Source: Gemmatimonadota bacterium (GTDB taxonomy: Bacteria > Latescibacterota > UBA2968 > UBA8231). From it: 64,000 bases of DNA. Where the stretch lies: assembly GCA_002712305.1 (NCBI GenBank), contig PATE01000063.1, positions 54,984 through 118,983 on the forward strand, in the 5' to 3' direction. Position numbers and translations under genes: made by a program. Below are positions 8,241 through 18,857 of this stretch, one piece after another. Below the pieces are notes generated by a model. The model was not told the origin of the DNA, made no database searches, and saw nothing but the letters and a program-made list of their open reading frames with translations. How positions within the stretch are numbered: the stretch's first letter is position 1; every line of letters begins with the position of its first letter.

Positions 8241-11200
8241 TCAAACGACTCTGGTGATCGAAATCTGGCATTCAGTGCCATTTACATCCCACGTGCGAGA
8301 CGCAGTCACATCTTCCGGTGCAGCACCTACATGTGTTTCGGCAGCCAAGGTCTCACCGGCCACATACGTCTCGTGAGCACTCATCGACTGAGCGACCGGG
8401 TCGGGTCCCTCGATCCACAACTCGATCCGATCGGCCACATCGAGGCCGGCATCCTTGCGCATGTTTTGCACACGATTCACCAACTCTCGAGCAAATCCCT
8501 CGAGACGCAGATCGTCAGTGACCTGAACATCGAGACCGACGCACAGATTCTCGTCTACAGCGACCACGACGTCTTCTCGTTCACGGCGTTGAATATCCAC
8601 ATCTTCGATGCCGATGTCGCCATCAGCCACATCGAGCCGGCCACCACGAGCCAGACCTTGCACCTGTTCGGCACTCAGAGAGGAGACGAATGCGCCTACC
8701 TCTTTCATTCGTTTGCCAAAGCGAGGACCGAGGGAACGGAAGTTCGGCTTGTACGACACCTCACTGATCTCGGCTTCGTCTTTTACGAGTACGACTTCCT
8801 TGATATTCAACTCGTCGGCGATCAGACCGGAAACCTGCGTCAGTTCCTCACGACTGTGTTCGTCTGGTGGTAGCAGAAACACACGCTGCAAGGGCTGGCG
8901 CGTCTTGAGGTTGTGCTTGCTGCGCAGGGCACGACCCAAGGTGACGGCTCGTGTGGCCAGCTCCATCTGTTCTTCGAGCTCGCCGTCTCGCAGAGTCTCG
9001 TCGGCCAGTGGCATATCACACAGATGCACACTCTCTGGTGGGCCATCGGTGCCATTCTGCGTCGCCTCCACCCCGGCGGCACCTGCCTGGGGAGCGACCA
9101 GATTTTGATAGATCGCCTCGGTGACGAAGGGTAGAACCGGTGCCAGGGCGCGGATAAACGTGGTCAGTACCTGATACAACGTCGCATACGCAGAGGCCTT
9201 GTCCGCATCGTCATCCGACTTCCAGAATCGACGACGGCTACGTCGGATATACCAGTTCGTCAGTTTCTCGACGAAGCCGACCATGGCCGGCACCGTGCGA
9301 TAGAGGCGGTAGGCCTCCATCTCCTGGTTGATGTTGTGCAGCAAGGTCTGCAACTCGGACAGGATCCAACGATCCAGACGATGGGCGACCGGGGCAGAGG
9401 TTCCCTGAGCTGGATCCCAACCGTCGATCCGAGCATAGGTGACGAAGAAACTGTAGGCATTCCACAGTGGCAGAATGACATCACGCAGACTCTGCTTGAT
9501 GCCGTCCTCACTGAGCCTCAACTCTTCTCCCTTCATGGAGGGCGAGTTGAGAAGATACAGTCGCAGGGCGTCCGCCCCATAGGTCTCCAACATCTCCGAC
9601 GGATCGGGGTAGTTCTTCAGGCGCTTGCTGAGCTTGCGGCCGTCTTCAGCCAGCAGCATACCTCCGACGATGCAGTTCTTGAATGCAGGTCCATCAAACA
9701 GCGCCGCCGCGAGGATTGTCAACGTGTAGAACCAACCGCGTGTCTGATCCAGGTTTTCGGAAATGAAATCGGCGGGAAAACTCGCTTCGAAGTCTTCTCG
9801 TGGGCCAAAGGGATAATGGCTCTGCGCATAGGGCATGGAGCCCGACTCGAACCAGCAATCCAGGACCTCCGGCACGCGACGCAGCACACCATCACCGGAT
9901 GGGGCGGGAATCTCCAGATCATCGATACAGTGTTTGTGAAGATCGTCGACGTCTTTACCCGTCAGTTCACTCAATTGCTGACGGCTGCCGACACAGACGG
10001 CCTCGCCCGTCTCCTCGTTGCGCCAGATGGGCAGGGGTGTCCCCCAGTAGCGATTTCGACTGATTGCCCAGTCACGGGCTCCTTCCAGCCACTTACCGAA
10101 CCGACCGTCACGGATGTGTTCTGGGATCCACCAGATCTGCTGATTGGCGGCCAGCATCTTGTCTTTCACCTCTCCCTCTACCTTGACAAACCACGTCGAG
10201 ATCGTGCGATAGATGAGGGGGGAGTCGCAGCGCCAGCAGAACGGATACGAGTGCATGAGCGAGGTCTCGGCAAACAACTGCCCAGATGCGCGCAGGCGTC
10301 GGATGATCGGTGTATCCACGTCCTTTACGAACTCGCCTTCGAAATCACTTACTTCGTCGGTGAATCGACAATCGGCATCGATGGGGCAGACAACGGGAAG
10401 ATTCTCCCGAAGACCGAGTTGGTAATCGTCCTCACCAAAGCCTGGTGCGATATGGACGATGCCCGTGCCGTCCTCGGTGGATACGAAGTCGGCCTGCACA
10501 ACTTTGAACGCACCCTCTTCGGCGAGGGAGCTGAAGTTGTCGAACAGCGGCTCATATCGCAGACCGATCAGTTCATCGACACTGATGGGATCGACGTGAT
10601 CGATCTCATTCTCTCGCTTGCGGAACACCGCTTCCAAACGAGCCTTGGCCAGGATCAGTTCCTCGCCTTCGACAGTGGTTACGCAGACGTATTCGACATC
10701 TGGCCCGACGGCCAAACCCATGTTGGATGGCAAGGTCCAGGGCGTCGTCGTCCAGGCGAGCAATGAGCGTCTTTCAGTGTCACGCACGCGAAAACGGACG
10801 GTGATGGAAGGGTCCTGCGTGTCCTGGTAGCCCTGATTGACTTCGAAGTTGGACAGGGGCGTGGCACATCTGGGACAGTAGGCGAGCGACTTATAACCCT
10901 CGTAGATCAGTCCCTTGTCCCACAGAGACTGGAAAACCCACCACACGGACTCCATGAAGTCCACGTCCATCGTCCGATACTGACGATCCCAATCGACCCA
11001 ACGCCCGAGGCGCTGGATCAATTCCTCCCATTCGCTGGTATAGCGCAGGACGACGGAACGGCAGAATTCGTTGAAACGAGGGATGCCGTATTCGAGGATG
11101 TCGCGCCGGGTCTTCAGGCCAAGCTGCTGTTCGGCCTCGTTCTCTACCGGCAGACCATGGCAGTCCCAGCCCCACCGGCGCTCGACACGGTAGCCCCGCA

Positions 11201-11435
11201 TCGTCCAGTATCGAGGCACCACGTCCTTGGTGATCGATGCCAACAGATGGCCGTAGTGAGGCAGTCCGGTGGCGAAGGGAGGACCATCATAGAAACGGAA
11301 GGGCTTCGTGCGCTGCTCAACGGATTTGCGGTAGAGATCAGCCGACTTCCACCCAGAGAGGATCTCTCGCTCCTGGGCGGCAAAGTCGACGTTCGCGGCG
11401 ACGTCGGCGAACACGGGTTTACGCTTGGCAGCCAT
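8241..11435 (-). CDS. ileS: isoleucine--tRNA ligase (type 2)
   Basis: 1064 aa; HYGH (PHYGHLLASITKD) and KLSKRL (KMSKS) class I motifs; editing domain; type-2 length. Confidence 0.95.
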   Translation of the reverse strand: MAAKRKPVFADVAANVDFAAQEREILSGWKSADLYRKSVEQRTKPFRFYDGPPFATGLPHYGHLLASITKDVVPRYWTMRGYRVERRWGWDCHGLPVENEAEQQLGLKTRRDILEYGIPRFNEFCRSVVLRYTSEWEELIQRLGRWVDWDRQYRTMDVDFMESVWWVFQSLWDKGLIYEGYKSLAYCPRCATPLSNFEVNQGYQDTQDPSITVRFRVRDTERRSLLAWTTTPWTLPSNMGLAVGPDVEYVCVTTVEGEELILAKARLEAVFRKRENEIDHVDPISVDELIGLRYEPLFDNFSSLAEEGAFKVVQADFVSTEDGTGIVHIAPGFGEDDYQLGLRENLPVVCPIDADCRFTDEVSDFEGEFVKDVDTPIIRRLRASGQLFAETSLMHSYPFCWRCDSPLIYRTISTWFVKVEGEVKDKMLAANQQIWWIPEHIRDGRFGKWLEGARDWAISRNRYWGTPLPIWRNEETGEAVCVGSRQQLSELTGKDVDDLHKHCIDDLEIPAPSGDGVLRRVPEVLDCWFESGSMPYAQSHYPFGPREDFEASFPADFISENLDQTRGWFYTLTILAAALFDGPAFKNCIVGGMLLAEDGRKLSKRLKNYPDPSEMLETYGADALRLYLLNSPSMKGEELRLSEDGIKQSLRDVILPLWNAYSFFVTYARIDGWDPAQGTSAPVAHRLDRWILSELQTLLHNINQEMEAYRLYRTVPAMVGFVEKLTNWYIRRSRRRFWKSDDDADKASAYATLYQVLTTFIRALAPVLPFVTEAIYQNLVAPQAGAAGVEATQNGTDGPPESVHLCDMPLADETLRDGELEEQMELATRAVTLGRALRSKHNLKTRQPLQRVFLLPPDEHSREELTQVSGLIADELNIKEVVLVKDEAEISEVSYKPNFRSLGPRFGKRMKEVGAFVSSLSAEQVQGLARGGRLDVADGDIGIEDVDIQRREREDVVVAVDENLCVGLDVQVTDDLRLEGFARELVNRVQNMRKDAGLDVADRIELWIEGPDPVAQSMSAHETYVAGETLAAETHVGAAPEDVTASRTWDVNGTECQISITRVV

Positions 11436-11437
11436 GG

Positions 11438-11722
11438 CTACGGACTAAGGTTGCGAAGGAAGGAAGACAGGACCTGGATCAGCAACATCAGGATCAGGGG
11501 ACTGAAATCCAGACCCGTTGACCACAGAGCTTGAGGCATGAAGCGGCGCAATCCGTTCAATGCCGGATCGGTCAAGCCACACAACACCTGAACAATCCGG
11601 TTGTACGGATCGGGATTGACCCAGGAGATGATGACTCGTGCCGTCAGAATCCAGAAATACAGCCACAGCAGTCCGTCAAGAATGCGGATGATGTCTTTGA
11701 CGAAGCCAGTGTGGTCGAACAT
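11438..11722 (-). CDS. yggT: YggT family membrane protein
   Basis: ORF 11438..11812 trimmed to the ATG at 11722 (MFDHTGFVKDIIRILDGLLW...), which clears the ileS start. Two TM segments, ~94 aa. Confidence 0.7.
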   Translation of the reverse strand: MFDHTGFVKDIIRILDGLLWLYFWILTARVIISWVNPDPYNRIVQVLCGLTDPALNGLRRFMPQALWSTGLDFSPLILMLLIQVLSSFLRNLSP

Positions 11723-11732
11723 GATGATCCGA

Positions 11733-12416
11733 TCAGGAGCGGGTGCCGAAAATTGCAGTGCCAATGCGAACCATCGTCGAGCCCTGTTCGATGGCCAATT
11801 CGAAATCTCCACTCATCCCCATCGACAACGTCGACAGGTCGAGGTCGCGACGCTGAGCTACCAAGGCGTCGCGGCAAGACCGCAAAGATTGGAAACAGCG
11901 CTTCACCTCTGTTTCATCTGCCTGGCTGGCAATCGTCATCAGCCCACCCAGTCGCAACCACGGACTCAGCAAGATCTGATCAGCCAATTCAGGCAGTTCG
12001 TCGGGCGCGGCACCTGCCTGGTGCTCGACGCCAGAGGTATTGACCTGGATCAGTACGTCCATGGTCCGATCTGAACCTTCGGCCCGCTGAGCCAGGGCCT
12101 TGGCAAGTCGCGGACTGTCGACGGACTGCACGCAGTCAAACAACTCGACGGCTTTGCCCGCCTTGTTGCGTTGGAGTTGGCCGATCAGATGCCAACGTCC
12201 GCCCTGAATTGCAGGCCGCTTCTGTGTCGCTTCCTGGACACGATTCTCACCCAGGTCGGTGACGCCAGCTGCCAATGCAGCCTCGATATCCTCGGCGGGT
12301 CGGGTCTTGCACACGGCGACGATGGTGATTTCGTCAGGTTGACGGCCAGCACGTTGCGCAGCCTCCTCCACCCGATCGCAGACTCGAGTCCAGTTGTCTT
12401 GGATATCGCTCATCAA
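11733..12416 (-). CDS. yggS: YggS family pyridoxal-phosphate homeostasis protein
   Basis: 227 aa; VAVCKTRP (PLP lysine), GENRVQE, HLIGQLQRNK, STLSMGMSGDFELAIEQGSTMVRIGTAIFG. Confidence 0.9.
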   Translation of the reverse strand: MMSDIQDNWTRVCDRVEEAAQRAGRQPDEITIVAVCKTRPAEDIEAALAAGVTDLGENRVQEATQKRPAIQGGRWHLIGQLQRNKAGKAVELFDCVQSVDSPRLAKALAQRAEGSDRTMDVLIQVNTSGVEHQAGAAPDELPELADQILLSPWLRLGGLMTIASQADETEVKRCFQSLRSCRDALVAQRRDLDLSTLSMGMSGDFELAIEQGSTMVRIGTAIFGTRS

Positions 12417-12603
12417 GTGCGATCCCGCGCCATGTCTCTCCTAAATGAGCGCCTGATCTCGAGACTCAAGCACGCCAGCCAGCATCCCTATGTAGAGAGT
12501 TCAGATAAGATTTCGGGCAATCCATAGGAAACAGACAAATATAGCCCTGGGCTGAACCCTACACAACGAAGAGACTCGCCACCGGCCAGTGGTGCCGGAT
12601 CTC

Positions 12604-13830
12604 TCAGGCAGGCGATCCTTCTTCGGCAGGGCGCATCATCCAGGCGGACAAGGTCGTGGCCACCAATCCGTAGATCAGCAGATCCACGACCACGATCTGC
12701 TGCAGCAACAAGGCGTTGGACGGTTGCAACAGATCGGTCAGTCCACCACCGACCAGCACCAGTTCGATCGCCACGATTCCCTTGGGCAGCAAGAGCCAGC
12801 TATTGAGGCTGGTGGCACGGGAGATTCGCGGTTGCCAGAGGATCGGCCCGAGTCCCCGGATCGAAAAAAGCACGATCACCTGAAGAAGGACGATCTCGAA
12901 CAGTCCGGCGGAGGGGGCGGACAACAGCACCTTCACATCCACGCGACTCATGGCGAGGGCGACGAAAAGGAACGATGCCAGCGGACGGGAGGCGCCGAAA
13001 AGCCGATCGAGAGCACGCCCAGATTGGGGACGGAAGGACAAGGCCAGGCCGGCGCCCAGGCCCACGCCGATCCCCAGCAGATCGTAGTGGTCGATGGCAA
13101 CGGCACCGAGACTCGACATGAGCAGCAGGGCCACGAGCGCAACAGATCGCCGTTTCAGCACGCTCAACAGCTGCAGAAGCCAGCCAATTGCGATACCTAC
13201 GGCTGGCGAGATCCAGACACGTGTGGCGAAGGCGAGCCCATCACCGGCCAGTAGTTTTGACTCATGGAGCCAACCGATCACCCATGTGAGCAGCACGGTG
13301 GCCACGAGTGTACCCACGAGTGCTGCCCCCGCCGACTCATCATCGCGCCAGACACTGGATACGAGCACCGGCCCCCACAACGCCGACAGAGCGCCCACCA
13401 GCAGAGCTGTCGTCCAGACCTGGTCGGCGATCAGGAAACAGCCCAAGGTGACGACCAGAGCGCCCACCACCGTGGATGCGGTGACGATGCCGAGGAAGTG
13501 ACCATGCGTTGAAGAGGAGGGCCAGCCAAACCCGATGCCCACCAGCAAACCAGCCCACAGGCCGACGAAACGCAGCACGAGTTCCTGCATGTCGGGGGAT
13601 GGATTTCCCACACTCAGGCCGGTGGCACCGACAATCAATCCGGCGCCAACCCACCCCCACAACGTGGGCAGGCTGAGCCGCTCGCACACGCGCTGCATCG
13701 TCAGAGCCAGGAGCAGAACGGTCCCTGTCACCCACAGGACATCGATCCGCGAATCATTGCTGATTTGCGGATCAGAGGCCGAGAAACTGGCCAGAGCCAG
13801 CAGGATGACACAGACGGCCAGAGTTCGCAC
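12604..13830 (-). CDS. polytopic integral membrane protein (possibly cation/H+ antiporter-like), uncharacterized
   Basis: 408 aa, >=10 hydrophobic helices, Gly-rich. No diagnostic motif recognised. Confidence 0.4.
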   Translation of the reverse strand: MRTLAVCVILLALASFSASDPQISNDSRIDVLWVTGTVLLLALTMQRVCERLSLPTLWGWVGAGLIVGATGLSVGNPSPDMQELVLRFVGLWAGLLVGIGFGWPSSSTHGHFLGIVTASTVVGALVVTLGCFLIADQVWTTALLVGALSALWGPVLVSSVWRDDESAGAALVGTLVATVLLTWVIGWLHESKLLAGDGLAFATRVWISPAVGIAIGWLLQLLSVLKRRSVALVALLLMSSLGAVAIDHYDLLGIGVGLGAGLALSFRPQSGRALDRLFGASRPLASFLFVALAMSRVDVKVLLSAPSAGLFEIVLLQVIVLFSIRGLGPILWQPRISRATSLNSWLLLPKGIVAIELVLVGGGLTDLLQPSNALLLQQIVVVDLLIYGLVATTLSAWMMRPAEEGSPA

Positions 13831-13887
13831 GCGGCACCGGCTCCGGTGGTGGCCGGAGGCCGGGAATGGCCTCCGGTATCTCGATGG

Positions 13888-16539
13888 CTACTTCTTTTCG
13901 TTCGCCTCAGCGCGCATGTGACCGTAGTACAGTGTCGGGCTGGCGATAAAGACCGACGAATACGTACCGACGAAGACGCCGATGACGAGAGTGATGGTGA
14001 AGTCGCGGATGACCTCTCCACCCCAGATCATCAGCACGACGACGGCCAACAACGTCGTCAGCGATGTCACCACGGTACGACTGAGACACTCGTTGATACT
14101 GACATTCAGTAAGTCGCCAAAGGCCAGTTTCTTAGAGGACAGCAGATTCTCACGGATTCGATCGAACACGACAATCGTGTCATTGAGCGAATAACCGACG
14201 ATGGCAAGAATACCGGCAACAACGGCCAGGGTCACCTCCACATTGAGCAGAGACAACACGCCCATTGTTAGCAATACGTCGTGGAATAGCGCGACAACGG
14301 CGGCGATCCCGTAGAGGAACTGTTTGAAGCGCCACGCCATGTAAACGAGGATCAGCGCAAGGGATACAAGCACAGCGCGCACAGCAGCTCCCGTCAGTTC
14401 CTCACCGATTCGGGGTCCAACCTTCTCCTGGCGTCGCACCCATTCAAACTCGCTAATGCTCTGCCCGAGGCCGGCGCGCAAGGAGGCCTTGATCCCGTCT
14501 GCCACGTCGGTACCGGACTCACTTTCGGTCACGCGAATCAACACATCCTGATCCGATCCAAACTGCTTGATCTCGCTGGCACTCAAGTCAGCCGTCCGAT
14601 CGCCGATCTGAACGGAACGCAACTCCTGGCGAATGTCCTCGATCTCCACTGGAGGATCGAAATGCAGCTCGAGAAGGGTGCCTCCGGCAAAGTCGATGCC
14701 GGGCTTGAGACCATTGATGGTACCGATGGAAACCAGACCGACCGTCAACACCGCAGCTGAGGCCAACAGGGCCACTTTGCGCAGATTGATAAACGGAATG
14801 GCCACCTTCGACAACACATCGACGGGACCGATGCTGAGACTCGTCGTGCTGCTGCGAGACGTGATCAGATTCAAGATCGCTCTGGTCACGACGAAAGCGG
14901 TGAACAAACTGGACACGATACCGACGCAGAGGGTCAATGCGAATCCGCGAATGGGGCCGGTGCCGAATTCGTAGAGGACGATACCGACCATGAAGGTCGT
15001 GATATTCGCGTCGACGATGGCCGACAATGCGTTGCTGTAACCGGAATCGATGGCGGCGCGCACGGTCTTGCCCGTACGCAATTCTTCTCGAATCCGCTCG
15101 AAGATCAGCACGTTGGCGTCGACGGCCATACCGATGGTCAGGATAATGCCGGCAATGCCCGGCAGGGTCAGGGTCGCATGGAATCCGGCGAGGATTGCCA
15201 ATACGAAGATCATATTCAGCGTCAGCGCCACATTGGCGACGATGCCCACAACACGGTAGTAGAGGATCATGAAGGTGACCACAGTGATCAGACTGATCAG
15301 GCCTGCGACCTTGCCTTGCTCGATCGAATCATGACCCAGAGAGGGGCCGACCGTTCGATCTTCGATGATCTCGACCTTCGCTGGCAGTGCGCCCGCTCGC
15401 AGGACGATGGCCAGATCTTTGGCCTCTTCCTGCGTGCCCGATCCGGTAATGATCGAACGACCGTCCATGATCTTGGTCTGAATGACGGGTGCGGAGTAGA
15501 CGGCCCCGTCGAGGACGATGGCCAGACGGTCCTGGATATGGGCTCCCGTGATTCGCCGGAAGAGACGCACACCCTCATCGGTGGTTCGCAGATCGACGAT
15601 CGGCTGGCCCATGTATTCGACACTCTGGCCGATGGAAACCTGAGCGTCAGCGATCATGTTCCCCGTCATCTCGGCTTTCGTGCGCGCCAGATACAGGATG
15701 TAGTACCGATTGCCCTCGGGCCCCTCGGCTTTGCTCGTGAAGAGGAATTCCACGTCATCGGGAATCACGCCCTGCGCGCGCTCATCGGCGAGCATCGCCT
15801 TTACGGCCGTCACGTCCCGCTGCATCACGGCAACTTCGCTACCCAGGCGCACCAGACGCGCCAACAGGCGTCGGGAATCGTCCTCCGGTGTGGTGACCTC
15901 GTCTGTAACGTCGAACAAACCCGACTCGCCCTCAGCACTCTCTTCACCGAACAAACTGGGTGCGACGGCGGCCGTATCGGCGGCAGCGTCTTGTGTGGAC
16001 GCCTCCTGGGCGTCATCGACGGCATCGACCTCAGCAGGTGCCGTGTCACCATCAAGCCTCGCGGCCAGCACCGCATCGATTCTCTGTAGAAGTCGATCGC
16101 GATCCTCGTCGGGTTCCACGAGCTGGAACTCGAGCAGGGCCGTCTGCCCAATGAGATTCTTGGCGCGCTCGACATCCTGAAGACCGGGCAATTCAACGAT
16201 GATCCGCGTTTCACCCTGTCGCTGAATGGTCGGTTCGGCTACGCCGAACTGATCGACTCGATTGCGGATGACTTCCTGCGCACGATCGACCGCATCGCGA
16301 GCCTCTTCAGGGCTCAGACCCTCCGTGACCACCTCCATGACCAAGTGGATGCCGCCTTGCAGGTCCAGGCCCAGATTGATGGACTTGCGCTGCAGATCGT
16401 AGTAGGTGGCCGGCGTGTCGTGCTCAAGTGCTTCGCGCTGGTCGGGGGCCATTCCGTAGAATTCGACCGTCGGATACAGGTACATCACGGCCGTCACCAG
16501 GAGGGCGAGGATGAGCAGGGGTTTCCAATTCTGTTTCAT
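13888..16539 (-). CDS. secDF: protein translocase subunit SecDF (fused)
   Basis: 883 aa; SecD N-terminus MKQNWKPLLILALLV, periplasmic P1 domain, then the SecF repeat of RND-like TM bundles. Confidence 0.9.
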   Translation of the reverse strand: MKQNWKPLLILALLVTAVMYLYPTVEFYGMAPDQREALEHDTPATYYDLQRKSINLGLDLQGGIHLVMEVVTEGLSPEEARDAVDRAQEVIRNRVDQFGVAEPTIQRQGETRIIVELPGLQDVERAKNLIGQTALLEFQLVEPDEDRDRLLQRIDAVLAARLDGDTAPAEVDAVDDAQEASTQDAAADTAAVAPSLFGEESAEGESGLFDVTDEVTTPEDDSRRLLARLVRLGSEVAVMQRDVTAVKAMLADERAQGVIPDDVEFLFTSKAEGPEGNRYYILYLARTKAEMTGNMIADAQVSIGQSVEYMGQPIVDLRTTDEGVRLFRRITGAHIQDRLAIVLDGAVYSAPVIQTKIMDGRSIITGSGTQEEAKDLAIVLRAGALPAKVEIIEDRTVGPSLGHDSIEQGKVAGLISLITVVTFMILYYRVVGIVANVALTLNMIFVLAILAGFHATLTLPGIAGIILTIGMAVDANVLIFERIREELRTGKTVRAAIDSGYSNALSAIVDANITTFMVGIVLYEFGTGPIRGFALTLCVGIVSSLFTAFVVTRAILNLITSRSSTTSLSIGPVDVLSKVAIPFINLRKVALLASAAVLTVGLVSIGTINGLKPGIDFAGGTLLELHFDPPVEIEDIRQELRSVQIGDRTADLSASEIKQFGSDQDVLIRVTESESGTDVADGIKASLRAGLGQSISEFEWVRRQEKVGPRIGEELTGAAVRAVLVSLALILVYMAWRFKQFLYGIAAVVALFHDVLLTMGVLSLLNVEVTLAVVAGILAIVGYSLNDTIVVFDRIRENLLSSKKLAFGDLLNVSINECLSRTVVTSLTTLLAVVVLMIWGGEVIRDFTITLVIGVFVGTYSSVFIASPTLYYGHMRAEANEKK

Positions 16540-16581
16540 CTCGTATCGCTTCTGTGTTTCGCGACCCAGCTCGGGCCGAAC

Positions 16582-17619
16582 CTATTCCTGTGAGGCGACG
16601 CGGTTTGGTTCCTCGTCGCCCTGTAGTTGGGCACGAACGCCATCGGAGGCGACGCGCTGTAATTGTCCATCTTCCTCGTAGTACACCAACACCTCAAGGC
16701 TGTCATCTTCGGCGGCCCATTCCAATGCGACTCTCGGGCCCGCAACGAACGCTGCCGTGGCCAACATGTCCGCCGCTGCGGCTGAGGTGGCCCAGGCGGT
16801 GGCAGAGACCGCCCGACGGGAAGGGTACCCCGTCTGTGGATCGAGGAGATGGTGGAATCTTGTCCCCTCAAACTCAAAAGTCTGTTCGTAGTCACCCGAC
16901 GTGGCCAATGCCGGCAAACCGAGATCGTCGATGACGATGATTCGGTCCGGCTCCCGCGGGTGTTGTACGCCAAATCGCCAAGGCCGCCCATCCGGCTTCA
17001 CACCCCAGAAGCGAATGTCGCCCCCCGCTTCGATCATCCCTGCCGAAACGCCGGCTCCGCGCAGTTGAATCACCGCCTGATCGACGGCATATCCCTTTGC
17101 CGCGGCGCCCAGATCGAGCCGGACATTCGCATCGAGAAAACGTACATCCACTCCGTTCCACGCCACCAGGTGCCAGCCACTGTGTTGGCGACCTGAGGCG
17201 ACCTGCTCACCAGCTGGCGGTCTCACCGCCTCAGGAAAACCCCATACCGCCGTCAGCGCACCGAGGGCGGGATCGAATCGATTCTCCGTCTGCTCCGTCC
17301 GCCGCTCAATGCGCTGCAGCAGGTCGGCCATGGACCGAGACACGATCACCGGCTGCTGTGCTGCCAGCCGATTGATTTTCGACAACTCGCTACTGCTGTC
17401 ATAGTTACTGGCGATGGCTTCGACATCGGCGATCGCCTTTCGACCGAGTTCCACGACCCGGGTCGTCATCTCCGGATCGTCGACATACAATGTCATGCGC
17501 ACCATGGTGCCCATGGCAATGTGGTAGTCGTCTACTGGTTCGACCGATGGCGAGCGCAGAAACCACAACAGGACCAGCAGCCCAGCAACGGGTGCCAGCC
17601 ATCGACGCACCGCCCTCAC
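16582..17619 (-). CDS. apbE: FAD:protein FMN transferase ApbE
   Basis: 345 aa, signal peptide, MGTMV...DLGAAAKGYAVD...TSGDYEQ ApbE motifs. Confidence 0.85.
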   Translation of the reverse strand: MRAVRRWLAPVAGLLVLLWFLRSPSVEPVDDYHIAMGTMVRMTLYVDDPEMTTRVVELGRKAIADVEAIASNYDSSSELSKINRLAAQQPVIVSRSMADLLQRIERRTEQTENRFDPALGALTAVWGFPEAVRPPAGEQVASGRQHSGWHLVAWNGVDVRFLDANVRLDLGAAAKGYAVDQAVIQLRGAGVSAGMIEAGGDIRFWGVKPDGRPWRFGVQHPREPDRIIVIDDLGLPALATSGDYEQTFEFEGTRFHHLLDPQTGYPSRRAVSATAWATSAAAADMLATAAFVAGPRVALEWAAEDDSLEVLVYYEEDGQLQRVASDGVRAQLQGDEEPNRVASQE

Positions 17620-17623
17620 TCCC

Positions 17624-18613
17624 TCAACTGTCGCGTTCGACCACGAGACGCACTGCTGTCTCCAGTATGCTGCGGGCGACGGAGGGCTCTACCACCTCCA
17701 GGCACTTGAGAGCCTCCGCCGCGTAGTCATGGGCCGTGGCACTGGCGGCGGCAACACCGTCGTGCCGATGCACAAACTCCAAAATCTGCTGCCGATCGCT
17801 CTCGCCCGCATCTTGAGTGCCCAGCAGGGTGACGATCGATTCCCGTTCACCTGTCTCTGCCGCAGCCAAGGCGCGGATCAGGGGCAAGGTGATTTTTCCC
17901 TCCCGCAAGTCGTGTCCGACGGGCTTGCCAAGAGTGGCCGCATCACCGGTGAAGTCGAGGATGTCATCGGCGATCTGAAATGCCAATCCCAGATACTCAC
18001 CGTAGCGGGTCAGACCCTCTACGACCTGTTTGTCTGCCCCCGTCATCAGGGGGCCGATCCGACAAGCAGCAGAGATCAGCGACGCCGTCTTGTCACCGAC
18101 CATGGAGAAATAGGACTCCTCCGCCGTATCCGTCTGCTGTCCGATCTGAACTTCATGGATCTCGCCCTGACTCAACCGTTCTGTCGCGTGCGACACGGCG
18201 CCAAGGGCTTCCAGATTGCCCAAGCTGACCAGCAGACACAAAGCGCGGGCCAACAGGAAGTCACCCATCAGGACGGCGATGTGGTCATCCCAGCGAGCAT
18301 TGACCGAAGCCTTGCCCCGCCTGGTGGTGGCGGCATCGACGACGTCGTCATGAACGACCGTCGCCGCGTGAATCATCTCCACGCCAACACCCGCGTCGAT
18401 CACCCGATCGTCCCAAAGACCCGTGGCACGAGCACACAGAATCGTAAGGGCGGGACGCAGGCGTTTGCCCTTGAGACCCGCCATATACCGGGCCACGTCA
18501 TGAACCATAGCCACGTCTGACTGGAGGATCTCATCCAGTCGATGCTCAAATTGGTCGATTTCGCTCTGGATCGGCCCCAGCAGGGGATCCATCGAGCCCG
18601 GAGAGGCGGTCAT
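17624..18613 (-). CDS. polyprenyl diphosphate synthase (trans-IPPS; octaprenyl/heptaprenyl type)
   Basis: Trimmed to the ATG at 18613. FARM HDDVVDAATTRRG and SARM IADDILD motifs. Confidence 0.85.
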   Translation of the reverse strand: MTASPGSMDPLLGPIQSEIDQFEHRLDEILQSDVAMVHDVARYMAGLKGKRLRPALTILCARATGLWDDRVIDAGVGVEMIHAATVVHDDVVDAATTRRGKASVNARWDDHIAVLMGDFLLARALCLLVSLGNLEALGAVSHATERLSQGEIHEVQIGQQTDTAEESYFSMVGDKTASLISAACRIGPLMTGADKQVVEGLTRYGEYLGLAFQIADDILDFTGDAATLGKPVGHDLREGKITLPLIRALAAAETGERESIVTLLGTQDAGESDRQQILEFVHRHDGVAAASATAHDYAAEALKCLEVVEPSVARSILETAVRLVVERDS

Positions 18614-18857
18614 CGGTGGGGCAAAAAGGGCCGCGGGCGACGAGAAAAACGGGCAAAACGCCCGTAAGTACACGAAAACGCAGAAATTAGCGCTCGAAAG
18701 AGAAAGTGTCAACGCGTTGCTAGAGTGTGTTTTGGCGATCTGATCCCCGGATCGGTGGAGTCCATCGCTGCCTTTGCCTACCCTGTATCACCGACAAAGA
18801 AGCGACTTGTGGTCGCGCATGTTGTGACTGGTCAAACCTCCATCGCGAGAAACACCT

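Noticed and set aside
9336-10766. 476-aa plus-strand ORF inside ileS
   Set aside because: Antisense to ileS. This is the usual long spurious ORF found opposite large genes in GC-rich DNA.
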